Origin: Octopus sinensis
Lineage: Eukaryota
Direction of reading: 5' to 3'
Assembly (NCBI RefSeq): GCF_006345805.1
Contig: NC_043002.1
Coordinates: forward strand, 66,588,001 to 66,652,000
DNA: 64,000 nucleotides
Shown: positions 9,817-21,310 of the stretch, one piece after another
How positions within the stretch are numbered: the first letter of the stretch is position 1
Layout: each line of letters starts with the position of its first letter
Position numbers and translations under genes: made by a program
Notes under the pieces: model-generated
Databases searched by the model: none
The model's input: the letters and a program-made list of their open reading frames with translations, nothing else
What the model was told of the DNA's origin: nothing

Positions 9817-11880
9817 GCCCTCTGTATATCATAATAAATGTATAGTCACTATCTATAGGCTAGTTACTGCAGTATTTGATGTGAGATAAGATCTTTTAAG
9901 GATTTTCTATCAGAGGGAGAGAGAGAGAGAGGGTGCAATTTGTCTCAGCAGCTGCCAGCAAGAGTATCAGATGCATTTCAGCCTTTTGGTCTTTTTCAAT
10001 GGCATATACTCTTTACTAGCCATATGCTCGGATAAGAATCCGTTGCCTCTAGTAAAGTGAATAGAAGCCGAATTACATTTGGTGCACATGCTGGCCTCTG
10101 CTGAGACGAGTTTTCGTTTCTCTCTGATATTTATTGTACTTTTAAACACAGCACATCCATAAAAGATGTTATAACAGGGCATATATTGCGGTAAACTGGC
10201 CTATTGATAGTGTACATACATTAAGTATTATACAAAGATGGCTGTTTTAATTCAATACTGTCTCAGTTGTGTATACAATGTGCGTACGCGCGCGTGGGTG
10301 AATACATGTATGTATGTATAGATGTATTCAATATTATTTCCTATAACAAAGAAGCGTCCAAGGAATACATTGTACTAAAGCTAGAACTAAAAGGAAAACT
10401 ATTATCCAGCAGGCCTAAACCTGATACTACAGTATAAGTTAGTCAAAGACTTCTGCTGACATTGATAACAGGCATAACGATGACAATAACATCAAAGGTT
10501 AATGGACAGAATATTCTCTGTTGACGATAACGTTAATTTGCCTTCCATTTTGTTTGAATTTCTTTCCTTTTTTGTTTTTGTTTTTGTCTATCTATTCGGT
10601 TATCTTGTGGAAATGGCACACGAGAAATAGCCTTAACCAGATCTAAGTGATACTGATACGCTTTGTCCTGACAAAAGATGAAAGTGGTGTGACGATAACG
10701 AACACAGGGAGTATAGTTGACATCTGATTATATTTGACACGAGAGCGCTAAAACTGATTTACGTCACATGGACGGCTTTCTTCCCTGAAGGGTGTTGCCG
10801 ATTTAAGCAAGAAGGAACAGGCGGACCCCGTTGCAAAATTGCAATCTGTTCAGTAAAAGTAACCACATATATTATCTCAGTCCACCGAAAATAATTAAGT
10901 CAGTTAGAAGTGGATTTATATCAGATAGAGTTACTCACTCTTATGTAGAAAGATATAAAAGGTCTGTTGAGGGGTAAAAATTAGTTGTTTAATGTTTAAG
11001 ACAAATCCTATTATCGGAAGCCGAAAACAGATTGTAAAACCTTTAAATAGATCGTTAGGAAGTGCTTTCTGTTTTGCCTGATCTTGTTTATTTCATGACG
11101 TCTCTAAATAGGTTCTGGAGTCCTGTTCGTTAACCAAATTATTCTTTACGTGAGTAATTGAATTATATGTAAAAATAAGGGTAATCCGTTCCAAGCTACA
11201 TCCAAACTTCACATAAAGGCATGAGATTATGTTTATTTGTCCATCTTGACAAGTCAGTCAGTCACCGGCTGACACTCGCTGACGATACATCGAAGAGGCC
11301 AGGGAACAGAAGAAAAAAGAAGAAAGAAGACATGCACCCAACACCAGAGCTGAAGACACCTCCGAAAGTGGGGGGGGGCACGTCAAAACGGTAGAGGAGT
11401 AGGGGCCGAAACCGGACGTGGTTCCTCCTGATGATGTCTTGAGCTAACTGGATCCTATAGTAGCAGACCGCGAAACACGGTTGTAATTCCTCCATCAAAT
11501 ACGTAAATGTATACGTATGGATGTGGCGTGGTGTGTATGTGTGTGTGCGTGTATGTTTGTGTGTGTGTGTGTGTGTGCGTGCGTGTGCGCGCGCGCGTGT
11601 GTGTGTACGCGCGCTTTTTCCTCTTTATTTTGCGTCGGTCGAGTGATGGTTATGTTTTTTGCAAAAATATGAGAAACATTATCATCTTCTCTCTCTCTCT
11701 ATATATATATATATATAATACGAAAATAAACAAGCTACATGAAACGCATGGACGGACGTTAACGAACCGTTTGTACACGCTCTCCTATCTACTTATATGC
11801 GCGCGTGCTCTACTCGTTGGGTGAATATAATTTTGTTCAGAAAAGCTGTTCGCTATACAGGATTTTCATTTAGCGTACCA

Positions 11881-12044
11881 GGATCTTTTCTAAAAGATGG
11901 ACAGAATTTCTACTTAACTAAATAATTTGAAACTTCGTATACTGGTAGAATGTGTCAAAAGAAAACATTAATTTCAACTAGTTTTTTTGAGAAAATTGTA
12001 TTTTGTAACTTTTACGTAGTTTAATTCTTAGAATTTTAACCAAT
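11881..12044 (+). mobile_element. Diverged solo TIR related to the 9197-9816 MITE
   Basis: Starts GGATCTTTT and shares AAACTTCGTATACTGGTAGAATGTGT, TTTTTTGAGAAAATT and AATTTTAACCAAT in the same order. Confidence 0.75.
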
Positions 12045-12841
12045 GAAATCCCAGCATTTGAGCTAAATTCATTTGCTGCGTCTAAGTAAACAGCAGACAC
12101 ATATACACGCACACGCGTACCATTCGTATATGCTCTCCCAGTACTTATACACATGTATTGCGTATTGTTCAAATTTCAAATTGATAAACGAATGGGATCC
12201 CTGTTGCTTAAATGCCTGTTAATCTGCTCATAGTTCGTTGAACAAATTTCAGCTTGTTATGTTACTTTAATTTTCTTCAGAAAAACCCTTCGTTATTCGA
12301 TTTGTTCGTTTACAGAACCGTTCATGTAGGGTGCCCCGCTGTTCTTTCCAATTTCCTTCTATTCTCTTATGAAAGGCCTTAAATGCCTACGCACATTAAC
12401 ATACATACCCTTTGTTTTTTATTGTTGCCGTTTGTAAATACTGATATCTAATATCGGTACATGGCTTCTCATTTTGGGAATGAAGGCACTATTAATTAAA
12501 TCGAGCCCCAGTACACGTATCTTCATTTATCTCTGACCTGGGGGATAACACAGTACGTTCAATTGTGGAATACGTTGTGTTTATCACGGATTGATCTGTG
12601 ATAACATGGGCTAATGATCAGTCGAAGATTCTGCTTGTACCGCAAATACGTGCCCTAGCCATCACCCACAATGCTCAGCTATCCACAAGGCACCAACTGT
12701 CGTTTGTGTTTACATCACCGTGCTGCAAAGTTGAGTGTTTTTGATCCGGATTTACATACTTGAACTCATCAATTTGGGACCAATGAACAGAGACAATACA
12801 AAGGTGTCCGTTTCTAGCAAATGGCATTGACGTGTGTATTC

Positions 12842-12950
12842 TCTATAGAAAAAAAGGTAGAGATGATCAGAGAAATATGCAACGGTGGAAGCCTCACTGC
12901 TGTGGGCTGAGATTGGTGTTAATGAATCTATCATTTGTTCCATTTACAAA
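12842..12950 (+). pseudogene. Tigger/pogo-type transposase N-terminal HTH remnant (CENP-B-like), frameshifted
   Basis: Manual translation SIEKKVEMIREICNGGSLTAVG*D, then after a frameshift GVNESIICSIYK, matching the psq/CENP-B-N HTH pattern (EKK..MI...G.S...VGR..GVNES.I..I.K). Confidence 0.55.
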
Positions 12951-13099
12951 GTGCACAGAGATGATTCATTTACTACTGATTCATCTATTTCTGTTTTGAG
13001 AAGAAACCAAACGCCCGTGATAAACGAGGAAAGTTGTACTTTGAGTAGCACTTTCTATGATATATGGAAAGTGCCCTACAGTTATGCTCCTTAATAATT

Positions 13100-13310
13100 C
13101 TTTGTACAATAGGCACAAGGCCTGAAAATTTGGTGTAGGGGGCTATTGATTACATCGACCGCCCTGCTCAACTAGTTTTTATTTTATCGATTCCGAAAAG
13201 ATGAAAGGCAAAGTTGACCTCGGCGGAATTTGAACTCAGAACGTAAATAGCTGAGAGAAATTCCAGTTAGCATTTTGTCCGGTTCGGTTACGGTTCTGCC
13301 TGCTCGTTGC
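13100..13310 (-). mobile_element. SINE family B (GGCGAGCTGGCAGAA head)
   Basis: Shared core GATGAAAGGCAAAGTTGACCTCGGCGGAATTTGAACTCAGAACG. Confidence 0.85.
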
Positions 13311-13727
13311 ATTGATGCCCTCTAATAACACCTTTTCGAAATGTATCAATGCCATACAGTTTTAACCTTGCCTCTCTCTACAAACTTGATGTTATTAATT
13401 CATATAAGCATTATGGTAGCTTCTTACTTTTGATACGAACTAGTTTCATACGAAGTGAATATCAAGATGAATTCCTCTTTATATAACAGAATACAGGGAA
13501 GGAGGAGTATAATATTACCGCCCCATTCAGGTTGGAAGCAGAGATGCTGTGGAATAGACTCCTGCCGGTGACGTCATCGCCGGGAATAGATCCAACAGGG
13601 ACGCCATATTTGGCTGCTGGTATTTCAGATTGACTAGAAATAAATTTTACATCCTTTAGGAATACTTATCAGTTTGATATTAGCAGTTACCTTCTAACTA
13701 TTCTCTGGATTCTCTGGCTATTGTTTC

Positions 13728-13793
<66 letters not shown>

Positions 13794-13798
13794 CATTA

Positions 13799-13834
<36 letters not shown>
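13728..13834. repeat. (ATT)n microsatellite
   Basis: Direct reading. Confidence 0.98.
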
Positions 13835-13835
<1 letters not shown>

Positions 13836-13978
13836 AACAGTTTTCGACGAGGCTGTTTTTCGAATTCATTAGTGATATAACAGAAGTTCCAGTTGCATTT
13901 ATTCGCGCTGTTGTTTCGTTTTCGCTTTTCTTCTTTTTTTTATTTGTTGTTGTCGTTGTTACTACTGCTGCTGCTGTT

Positions 13979-14102
13979 GTTGCCATGGCAATTGCAATTA
14001 ACCAATCGCAGATGGTAACATCATTAAAGAGAGGTGCTTCCTGGTTATGGAAAATTAATTCCCCACCACCACTATTACGCGTGATAACGTTGCTATAGAA
14101 AC
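13979..14102. promoter_or_regulatory. Candidate RFX X-box pair with CCAAT box
   Basis: GTTGCCATGGCAAT (13979-13992; 13/14 to palindromic GTTGCCATGGCAAC), CCAAT (14002-14006), GTTGCTATAGAAAC (14089-14102). Motif match only. Confidence 0.4.
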
Positions 14103-14324
14103 AAAAGTCTAAAGAGGTTTCTGCCCGACAAACTTGCCAACTCAACTGGTTTGCATATTTTAATGTCTGGATTATTGCATGTTTGAACTAATTCAAAATT
14201 TATCTATTCCAGGTAAATCTATAAGCTTACTCCACCTTTTAAATTAAGATATACTTTAGATACATCGTATTTTACTTATCTTTGAACACCGCCTCTTTTG
14301 TTGAAAACTGTTGACTAGCTTACC

Positions 14325-15140
14325 TTTGCGGGCCGAATTGAAGCATGAACAATATCTCGTGGGACCGGATAGCGACAATAATTCCTAAAAATCTTATGTA
14401 TGAAGTAAAGATAAGAGTTCACTGTATATTAGAACAGAAAAATGGGGATGAATATGAAGAGTTAGCAGAGTTTAGCGAGAGAAAAGTGAGAAAATCTTAT
14501 ACATGGAGTATACGTGTGTATGTATATGTATGAGGGTGTGTGTGTGTGTGAGAGAGAGAGTGTGTGTGTGCGTGTGTATGTATATATGTGAATGAATATA
14601 AGTATACATATATATATATTAAGAACGGATGTATATATATGTCTGTGTGTACGTATGCTTATGTATACCTGTAAGTATGTATGCATGGATGGATGTGCAT
14701 ATATATATATATCTGTGTGTATGTATGTATGTACGGATGGATAGATGGATGGATATCTATATATATGTATATATATATGTGTGTGTATGTGTGTATGTAT
14801 GCATGCATGTGTATGTGTGTGTATGCATGCATGTATGTGTATGTATGTATGTATGCATGCATGTGTGTGTGTATGTATGTATGTATGTATGTATGTATGT
14901 ATGTATGTATGTATGTACAATCCTATTAAGTATCAAACGATTCCCTAAGGAGCATTCATTCAAGTAATCAGAACATGTGTTCATCACGGCTTCAGTCGGG
15001 CTCCGATTCTGAACATATGCTTGTGATATATATCTTGCAGAGTATTTTAGAATTAAAAAATCATTTTTTTTTTTAAATATAAAACTGAACTGCAGGTCGG
15101 ACTAAATATTGTCGCGGGCGGAATGTTCCGACCTCTCTGC
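14325..15140. mobile_element. Possible old hAT-type MITE with expanded internal microsatellite
   Basis: GCGGGCCGAATT...CTCGTGGGACCGGAT near the left end and TCGCGGGCGGAATGTTCCGACC near the right end resemble hAT/Charlie subterminal motifs; no TSD found; 14500-14920 is (TG)/(TATG)n. Confidence 0.3.
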
Positions 15141-15654
15141 TGTAGAGCAAAATGAAAACACGTTAGGATCTAAATCCACGATCCGGTTTCCATTCATAGT
15201 TGTAGCCAGTTCGCGCCACGTGCGCTGTTAACAGCTCTCAGGAAAGACACATTACGCGAATTCGTTTGCCTGGTTTAATTAGTCACGCTCTTTACATACT
15301 GAGTTCGAATCTCGCCAAGGTTCTATTTGGAACCTGACCCTCACACAATTGCATCCTTCTTTAGGGATGGGTAGATTTCAAGTTTGGTGTTTATGTTTAA
15401 GCAATTACGGCCATTAGAGGATGTGACCCACTTTAAATTCTTCGTTGGAGAGATTTCACGTAACTAACAAGCAAAGTAGGAACGAATTATTATGGTCTCT
15501 TTATATGAAATAAATTTAATCAATAATTATTATTGGAGGACAACATAGAGCTAAAGATAAGCTGCTTTATAGCAAACTCAGAGCTTGAATCAGTCTCGAA
15601 TCTCAGTCGCAGCAGCTGTGTTTCGTGTATGCTTGGTTTATATTCGTTTCAGAT

Positions 15655-16040
15655 TTTGGCACAAGGTGAGCAATTGCTGTGGAAGGAGTTAGTCAATTAC
15701 ATTGAATCCGGTGCTCAACTGGTCCTTATTTTATCGACCCCGAAAGGATGAAAGGCGAAGTCGACTTAGGAGAAATGCTTTGTTACTTATTACCCCAAAA
15801 GAAAGTGGCGAACGATCCTACAAGCTCGCTGCTTTCTTTCTGGGTAATATTAACACTTTTGTTTGCATTATCCCGAAAAACAGGCGGCATTTCGTCCGTC
15901 TCTACGTTCTGGGTTCAAATGCCGCCGGGGGTCGACTTCCTCTTTCATCCTTTTGGTATTGATAAAATAAGTACCAGCTGGACATTGAGGTCGATGTAAT
16001 CGACTTTCTCTCCCTTCAAATTTGCTGGTTTTGAACAAAA
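15655..16040. mobile_element. Two SINE-B fragments in opposite orientation (about 15655-15770 minus, 15880-16040 plus)
   Basis: ATCGACCCCGAAAGGATGAAAGGCGAAGTCGAC and its reverse-complement-like GTCGACTTCCTCTTTCATCCTTTTGGTATTGATAAAATAAGTACC. Confidence 0.75.
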
Positions 16041-19000
16041 GTTCGAAAAAAATATTACCGAGAAAAGAACAATCTCATTTCTGTGACTTATAAATTTGTG
16101 GCCTTCCAATGGATAGTAATGAGTTAGTTTACAGCTTGTCTATGTCCAGTCTTCTTTCAGTTTCTGATTATAACTAATTCACTTAAGTTACCTTGCTCAT
16201 GTCTAGTACACAAAGATTTCATGCACCTGTATGCACCTGAGTGCACAAATTTTGGAAATAATATTCTTAAATTACATTGCTTTTGCCCTCTGCATAATGA
16301 TGTTATGCGCCTCATTGCACCTCAGTACACCCCAGTTCATAAAGATCGACTATAATACGCTTGAAGTGCATTGCTTATGCCCACTGCTTCGAGATCGTTT
16401 ATTGTTACGTTTCTATTTCACACATCTTTGCCAAAACTGGAAAATGCCAATACAGGTAAACCGATAGGAAACGATTAAGAACCAGTATGAAGTATAATAA
16501 ATTAATTAGAATAATATTAAAGGTGGCCGGATGTGCGCAATACTATGTTCAATTTCAGTGCTAGTCTTACGGTTCAATTCTGAGCAAGTTTTCACTTTAA
16601 ATTGTTTCGGGTCAGCTAACCGGGAACAGGTAACAGACCCTCCGTTTATATGTCTTGCGATAGTTTGGTGCCCTAACTAAGAATTATACACTAATCCACT
16701 TCGTGCATTCAAGCTAGAAGAGATAAGTATCATTTCTCATGGGAGTCTTCTGGGATTTGGGAAGAATTCGGATAATGGTCAATGTTTGAAACAAACATTC
16801 TCTAGATTAAATCAATATCTTTACATTTTCAAAATCAAATCATTAATCTATTTATATATAGACGACTAAATAAATACATATATAAATACTTTGTAAATTG
16901 TAATATTAGGGAACATTGAATGGTAGATAAAAAACGAAAGCCGTTGTTATAACTTTATAACGCTTTTTTTATGCCCTCATTTTAAAATCTTCCAGGGTTG
17001 ACTTTGGCGTTTATCTTTACAGGGGTTTATAAAATGAGTACTAAATAAACTAAATCGACTAAATTCCAGTCAATTTGTAGCTTTGTGCTTAGGTTAGAAA
17101 TCATTTCAATTTATACTGACAGTGACGTATTGCCTACTGTATCGTGAACTATATATCTAACCATCATAAAAATATTGGTCTCTTTAGCTATACATAGGAC
17201 CACATTATCTAATGTGTTCTCACCTTATTTAAGATTACTAGGCTGTTGTTTCTAGCAGGTTGAGCAACCGCATAGTAGCATCTAAAGTCTAATATATTAA
17301 GCACACGGGCCTATCAGTTTCAAGAGAAAGAGAAATAGTTAGTGGTGGTGTTTATGCCTTCCCAAATTACACTAGTTACGATTAGCTGCACAAACAAAAT
17401 GAAATAACTTCAAGCTAGTTTTGAAACTGTTTTGTCGATATGAATCTCCAAGAAGCTAACATCTATCCAACTTCGTTTTTTAGGAGTATGATACATTTCA
17501 CTAAAAATTATGAGTGAAAAATATAGTTTTAAACCTTATAACCAGAATAGTAATTTGATATATTTTGGATACCTATGTATTCGCAAAACTCATAAAATTG
17601 TATGAATTTTACAAATTAATTGTAAGATTCACTATTTTGAAAGCACATATGGGCTTCCACAGTATCTTACATACTTGGAGTCCTCCCTAACTCGTACAAC
17701 AAATTCCCCCATCTTTGATTTGAATGTTCCAAAACCGTAGTCTGTTAACTTAGAGTAAGCTTAGCCTTTGCAGTGTGACTGTATTGTCGATGGAATATAT
17801 CACTGGTGTTTGAACTACCGATCTCGAAAGAATTCATATTCAAAATTGAATCTCGGAGAATTTAATATCGGAAGATTTAATCTCGGAACATTAGTCTACA
17901 GAACTAGACACAACTAACTATTTCATCTTGATTGTTTTCATCGATCGATAATGGTTCCAAAATCCTGGTAAATTGCGGCCGAGAATCGATAACAATGACA
18001 GCAAATGCCTTAGGGTGTTTAAGTTCATCCCTTTACGTTGTGGGATCGATTCTACTTTTCATCCACACTTTCCAGTGGAAATCAAATGGGTACCAGTATT
18101 ATATTGAGGTCAATCCGATTCTGTCGCAGTTGGTAAGATTGGGATTACGTTAAGTCAAAACAAAAGATGTGTTAATTAAAGAAAATGCTCTGTAATGAAT
18201 ACCTTTCTGTATTGTCCAGGAAAATCCCCAATAAAAACAATCAGAAATAAAATTCCTCTTTCTCCCCAATTTGCGTCCCGTTATCAATCTGTCTGCCTGT
18301 CAGTCTATCTGTCTACCTATATGTCTGTCTCTCTTGTTATTTTGCCCGCATCATAGACCATAATTTAATAATATACATACATGCATATATACACACACAA
18401 ACACACACGCACATATACAGCACATATATTCAATTTTCTCTTTGTCATTTGTTATATATGTATATCTGTATGTACATGTGTGTGTGCATACACACACACA
18501 CTAATCATATTCTCCAATAACAAGTTACTTCAATATACTTACAAGTGTGGAGGTGGTTTCTATAGACGGAGAAATATTTACGGTTCTTAAACACAGATGC
18601 AAGCATCTAGGTTACTAACCATCGTTATTATTTATATATTTATTTATTTATTTATTCATTTATTTTCTCTCACTCTCTTGTTTTGTTATAGTTTCCTGTG
18701 CAGTAGCAGCAGTGAAGCAGCAGCATTAGCAGCAGCAGCAGCAGTGAAGCAGCAAGTCGTAAGAAGAAAAAAAAAAGGAAAGAGAAAATCAACAAAAAGT
18801 ACCCGCACATTCTTTACGAGTTCTCAAATAGACCGACAGTATGTTTTCTCGGATTACATTTGAATACCAGGCACTGAGTAGAACAAGTAGATGGCTGGGG
18901 GTAAACGCTGGCCATATATGGCCTCATGGATATTCTACATAACGTTGATTTTTACACAGGCCAGCTTATGCTGAGAAGCTGCGAACAGCGAGTTAACAAA

Positions 19001-19279
19001 GATAGGAGACGATAGAAGTGAGAATTTCAAGAACGATAACTGTGTAAGCTTATGTGTCGTCTGCTGATGATGTGATAATCACGACGGTATATCCTAGTTG
19101 TTGTTGATAAAAACAACAGGCTTTTGAAGTTTTAGCAACGTTGTTAACGCGTTTTGTTTGAAACCCATTCTACTTACCTTGACGCAGAAAAACATGAACA
19201 TCACGTAGTCTTACACTCTCTTCTCTCTGTAGGATAATGCTTCAGTAAGAAATAATCGTTGTCATTACTGAAATAGGTC

Positions 19280-19445
19280 GAGCTGCAGAAACCGCTTACC
19301 AGGATTGCCTTCGATTCTTTACGTTCTTAGTTCGAATCTCGCCTATGTCAGCTTTGCCTTTCATCCTTTCAAGGTCGATAACATAAAGTATCAGTCGATG
19401 TAATGGACTTATCCCTTTCACCTAAATTTTATCTTATTCCACCTT
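19280..19445 (+). mobile_element. SINE-B fragment
   Basis: CTTTGCCTTTCATCCTTTCAAGGTCGATAACATAAAGTA core. Confidence 0.75.
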
Positions 19446-19522
19446 TGCGGGGAAGGGACTTTTTCTCTACGGAATGCTTTTCTCTGTGTGTGTGTGTGTG
19501 TGTGCTCGCACGCGCATATACT

Positions 19523-19561
<39 letters not shown>

Positions 19562-19590
19562 GCTCCTAAATATATATATATGTATATTTA

Positions 19591-19753
19591 GGGACAGGGT
19601 TGGCTGTGTGGTTAGAAGCTTGCTTCTCAACCACATGGTTCCGGGTTCAAACCCACTGCATGGAACCTTCGGCAAGTGTCTTCTACTATAGTCTTGGGTC
19701 GAGACTATTGTAGTGAGTGTATTTGGTAGACGGAAACTGAAAGAAGCCTGTCG
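19591..19753 (+). mobile_element. SINE-A head half (tail half at 20417-20630)
   Basis: TGGCTGTGTGGTTAGAAGCTTGCTTCTCAACCACATGGTTCCGGGTTCAAACCC...GGAAACTGAAAGAAGCCTGTCG. Confidence 0.88.
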
Positions 19754-19875
19754 TGAAACTCTGAGTAACAGTTTTTGTGACTTTCTGCTGCTTTTAATAA
19801 ATCATATTACTCTACCTCTGGTATTTGAGTACTCTTTTTTTCCACCTTGTTTCACATATATGTGTTTACTCCGGT
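19754..19875 (+). mobile_element. Penelope-like pLTR fragment (family P5)
   Basis: Begins GAAACTCTGAGTAACAG (hammerhead stem III half); homologous to 60200-60330. Confidence 0.55.
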
Positions 19876-19886
19876 ATTTATATAAA

Positions 19887-19929
<43 letters not shown>

Positions 19930-20416
19930 TATACACACACACACACACAAGAGTTAAGGAATGGAGTAGATAAGATTGGGGCTACATATGTTTCATAGCG
20001 AGCAGAATCTCAGATTGTATATGAATCTTCCGTGTGTTAACATGTACCTCCTTGCAACAATGTAAACTCCCGTTTAATCACGATATCCTTGGCCTGAATA
20101 GTTGCCTGCGGTTTAACCCTCACTTGGATATTTACCACTGTGAAACACATGTAGCTCGGATCTTATCTTTTCCATTCCTTAACTCTTGGATTCTTATTTG
20201 CATACCCGGGAACCCTGGTAGCCTACTTCGAAATATAAAAAGAACTTTTTTCACTTTATCGTACATTGGTACGAAAAAAAAATCCACATCCTTCAGTCTC
20301 AGTAAACAAATATTGTTCCTGAAAGTTGGTTTTTTATATTTACTAAAGATTGCTTGAAGCTAATTTTCTTCCAACACCTCGATCCTTGGATCTTATGTGT
20401 GTGTGTGGGGGGGAGG

Positions 20417-20630
20417 TGTTTACTCCCCACCATCACTTGACAACCGATGCTGGTGTGTTTACATTCTCGTAACTTCGTGGTTCGGCATAAAAGATCGATA
20501 GAATAAGTACTAGGTTTACAAAGAATAAAACCGGGGATCGATTTCTTCGACTAAAACCCTTTAAGACAGTGTTCTAGCATGGCCGCAGTCACTTGACTGA
20601 AGCAAGTTAAAGAATATAAAAATAAAAGAA
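20417..20630 (+). mobile_element. SINE-A tail half
   Basis: CTTGACAACCGATGCTGGTGTGTTTAC...GATAGAATAAGTACTAGG...GCATGGCCGCAGTCA. Confidence 0.88.
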
Positions 20631-20869
20631 TGTGTGTGTGTGTGTGTAAATGTTTTCCCAAGTATAATTGTACTTCATGTTTGAAGCTCCGATAAAGCTA
20701 TAGGGTGACGCATAAGCGTTCACCTATGAATGCATTGCATCTTATAGCAGAAACATCTGTAAGTTAATGGATTTCATGAAGTAATTTCTTTTCCTTTGGT
20801 ATTTCAATTTCTTATTACTTCTCTGTACTCGACCGACGCTTAATAGGATCGCTATACCTAAGGGAAATG

Positions 20870-20904
20870 ATAATAATGATGATGATAATAATGATAATAA
20901 TATA

Positions 20905-20939
<35 letters not shown>

Positions 20940-21236
20940 GTAATAATAATAATAATAATAATAATATAATAATAATAATATAATAATGATAATAATAATA
21001 ATAGTAATAATAATAGTAATAATAATCCTTTCTATTTTAGGTTGAAAACCTGAAATTTGGTGGGAGGGGAACCAGTCGATTACATCAACTCCAGTGTGTA
21101 ACTGGTACTTAATTTATCGACCCCGAAAGGATGAAAGGCAATGTCAAATTTGAATTAAGAACGTCTTTAAGACGGACGAAATACCGCTAAGCATTTCGTC
21201 CGGTGTGCTAACGATTCTGCCAGCTCCTCGCCTTCA

Positions 21237-21307
<71 letters not shown>

Positions 21308-21310
21308 TTT
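20870..21310 (-). mobile_element. SINE-B (21025-21234) embedded between two (AAT)n arrays
   Basis: Core ATCGACCCCGAAAGGATGAAAGGC and head TTCTGCCAGCTCCTCGCC; (AAT)n at 20870-21025 and 21238-21306. Confidence 0.88.

Noticed and set aside
9967-10182. 71-aa ORF in non-repetitive sequence
   Set aside because: Short, no recognisable motif; cannot be supported without homology or RNA data.
13687-14145. 152-aa minus-strand ORF with poly-T/poly-N as a host exon
   Set aside because: Open only because it runs through microsatellites; no recognisable domain or convincing splice sites.
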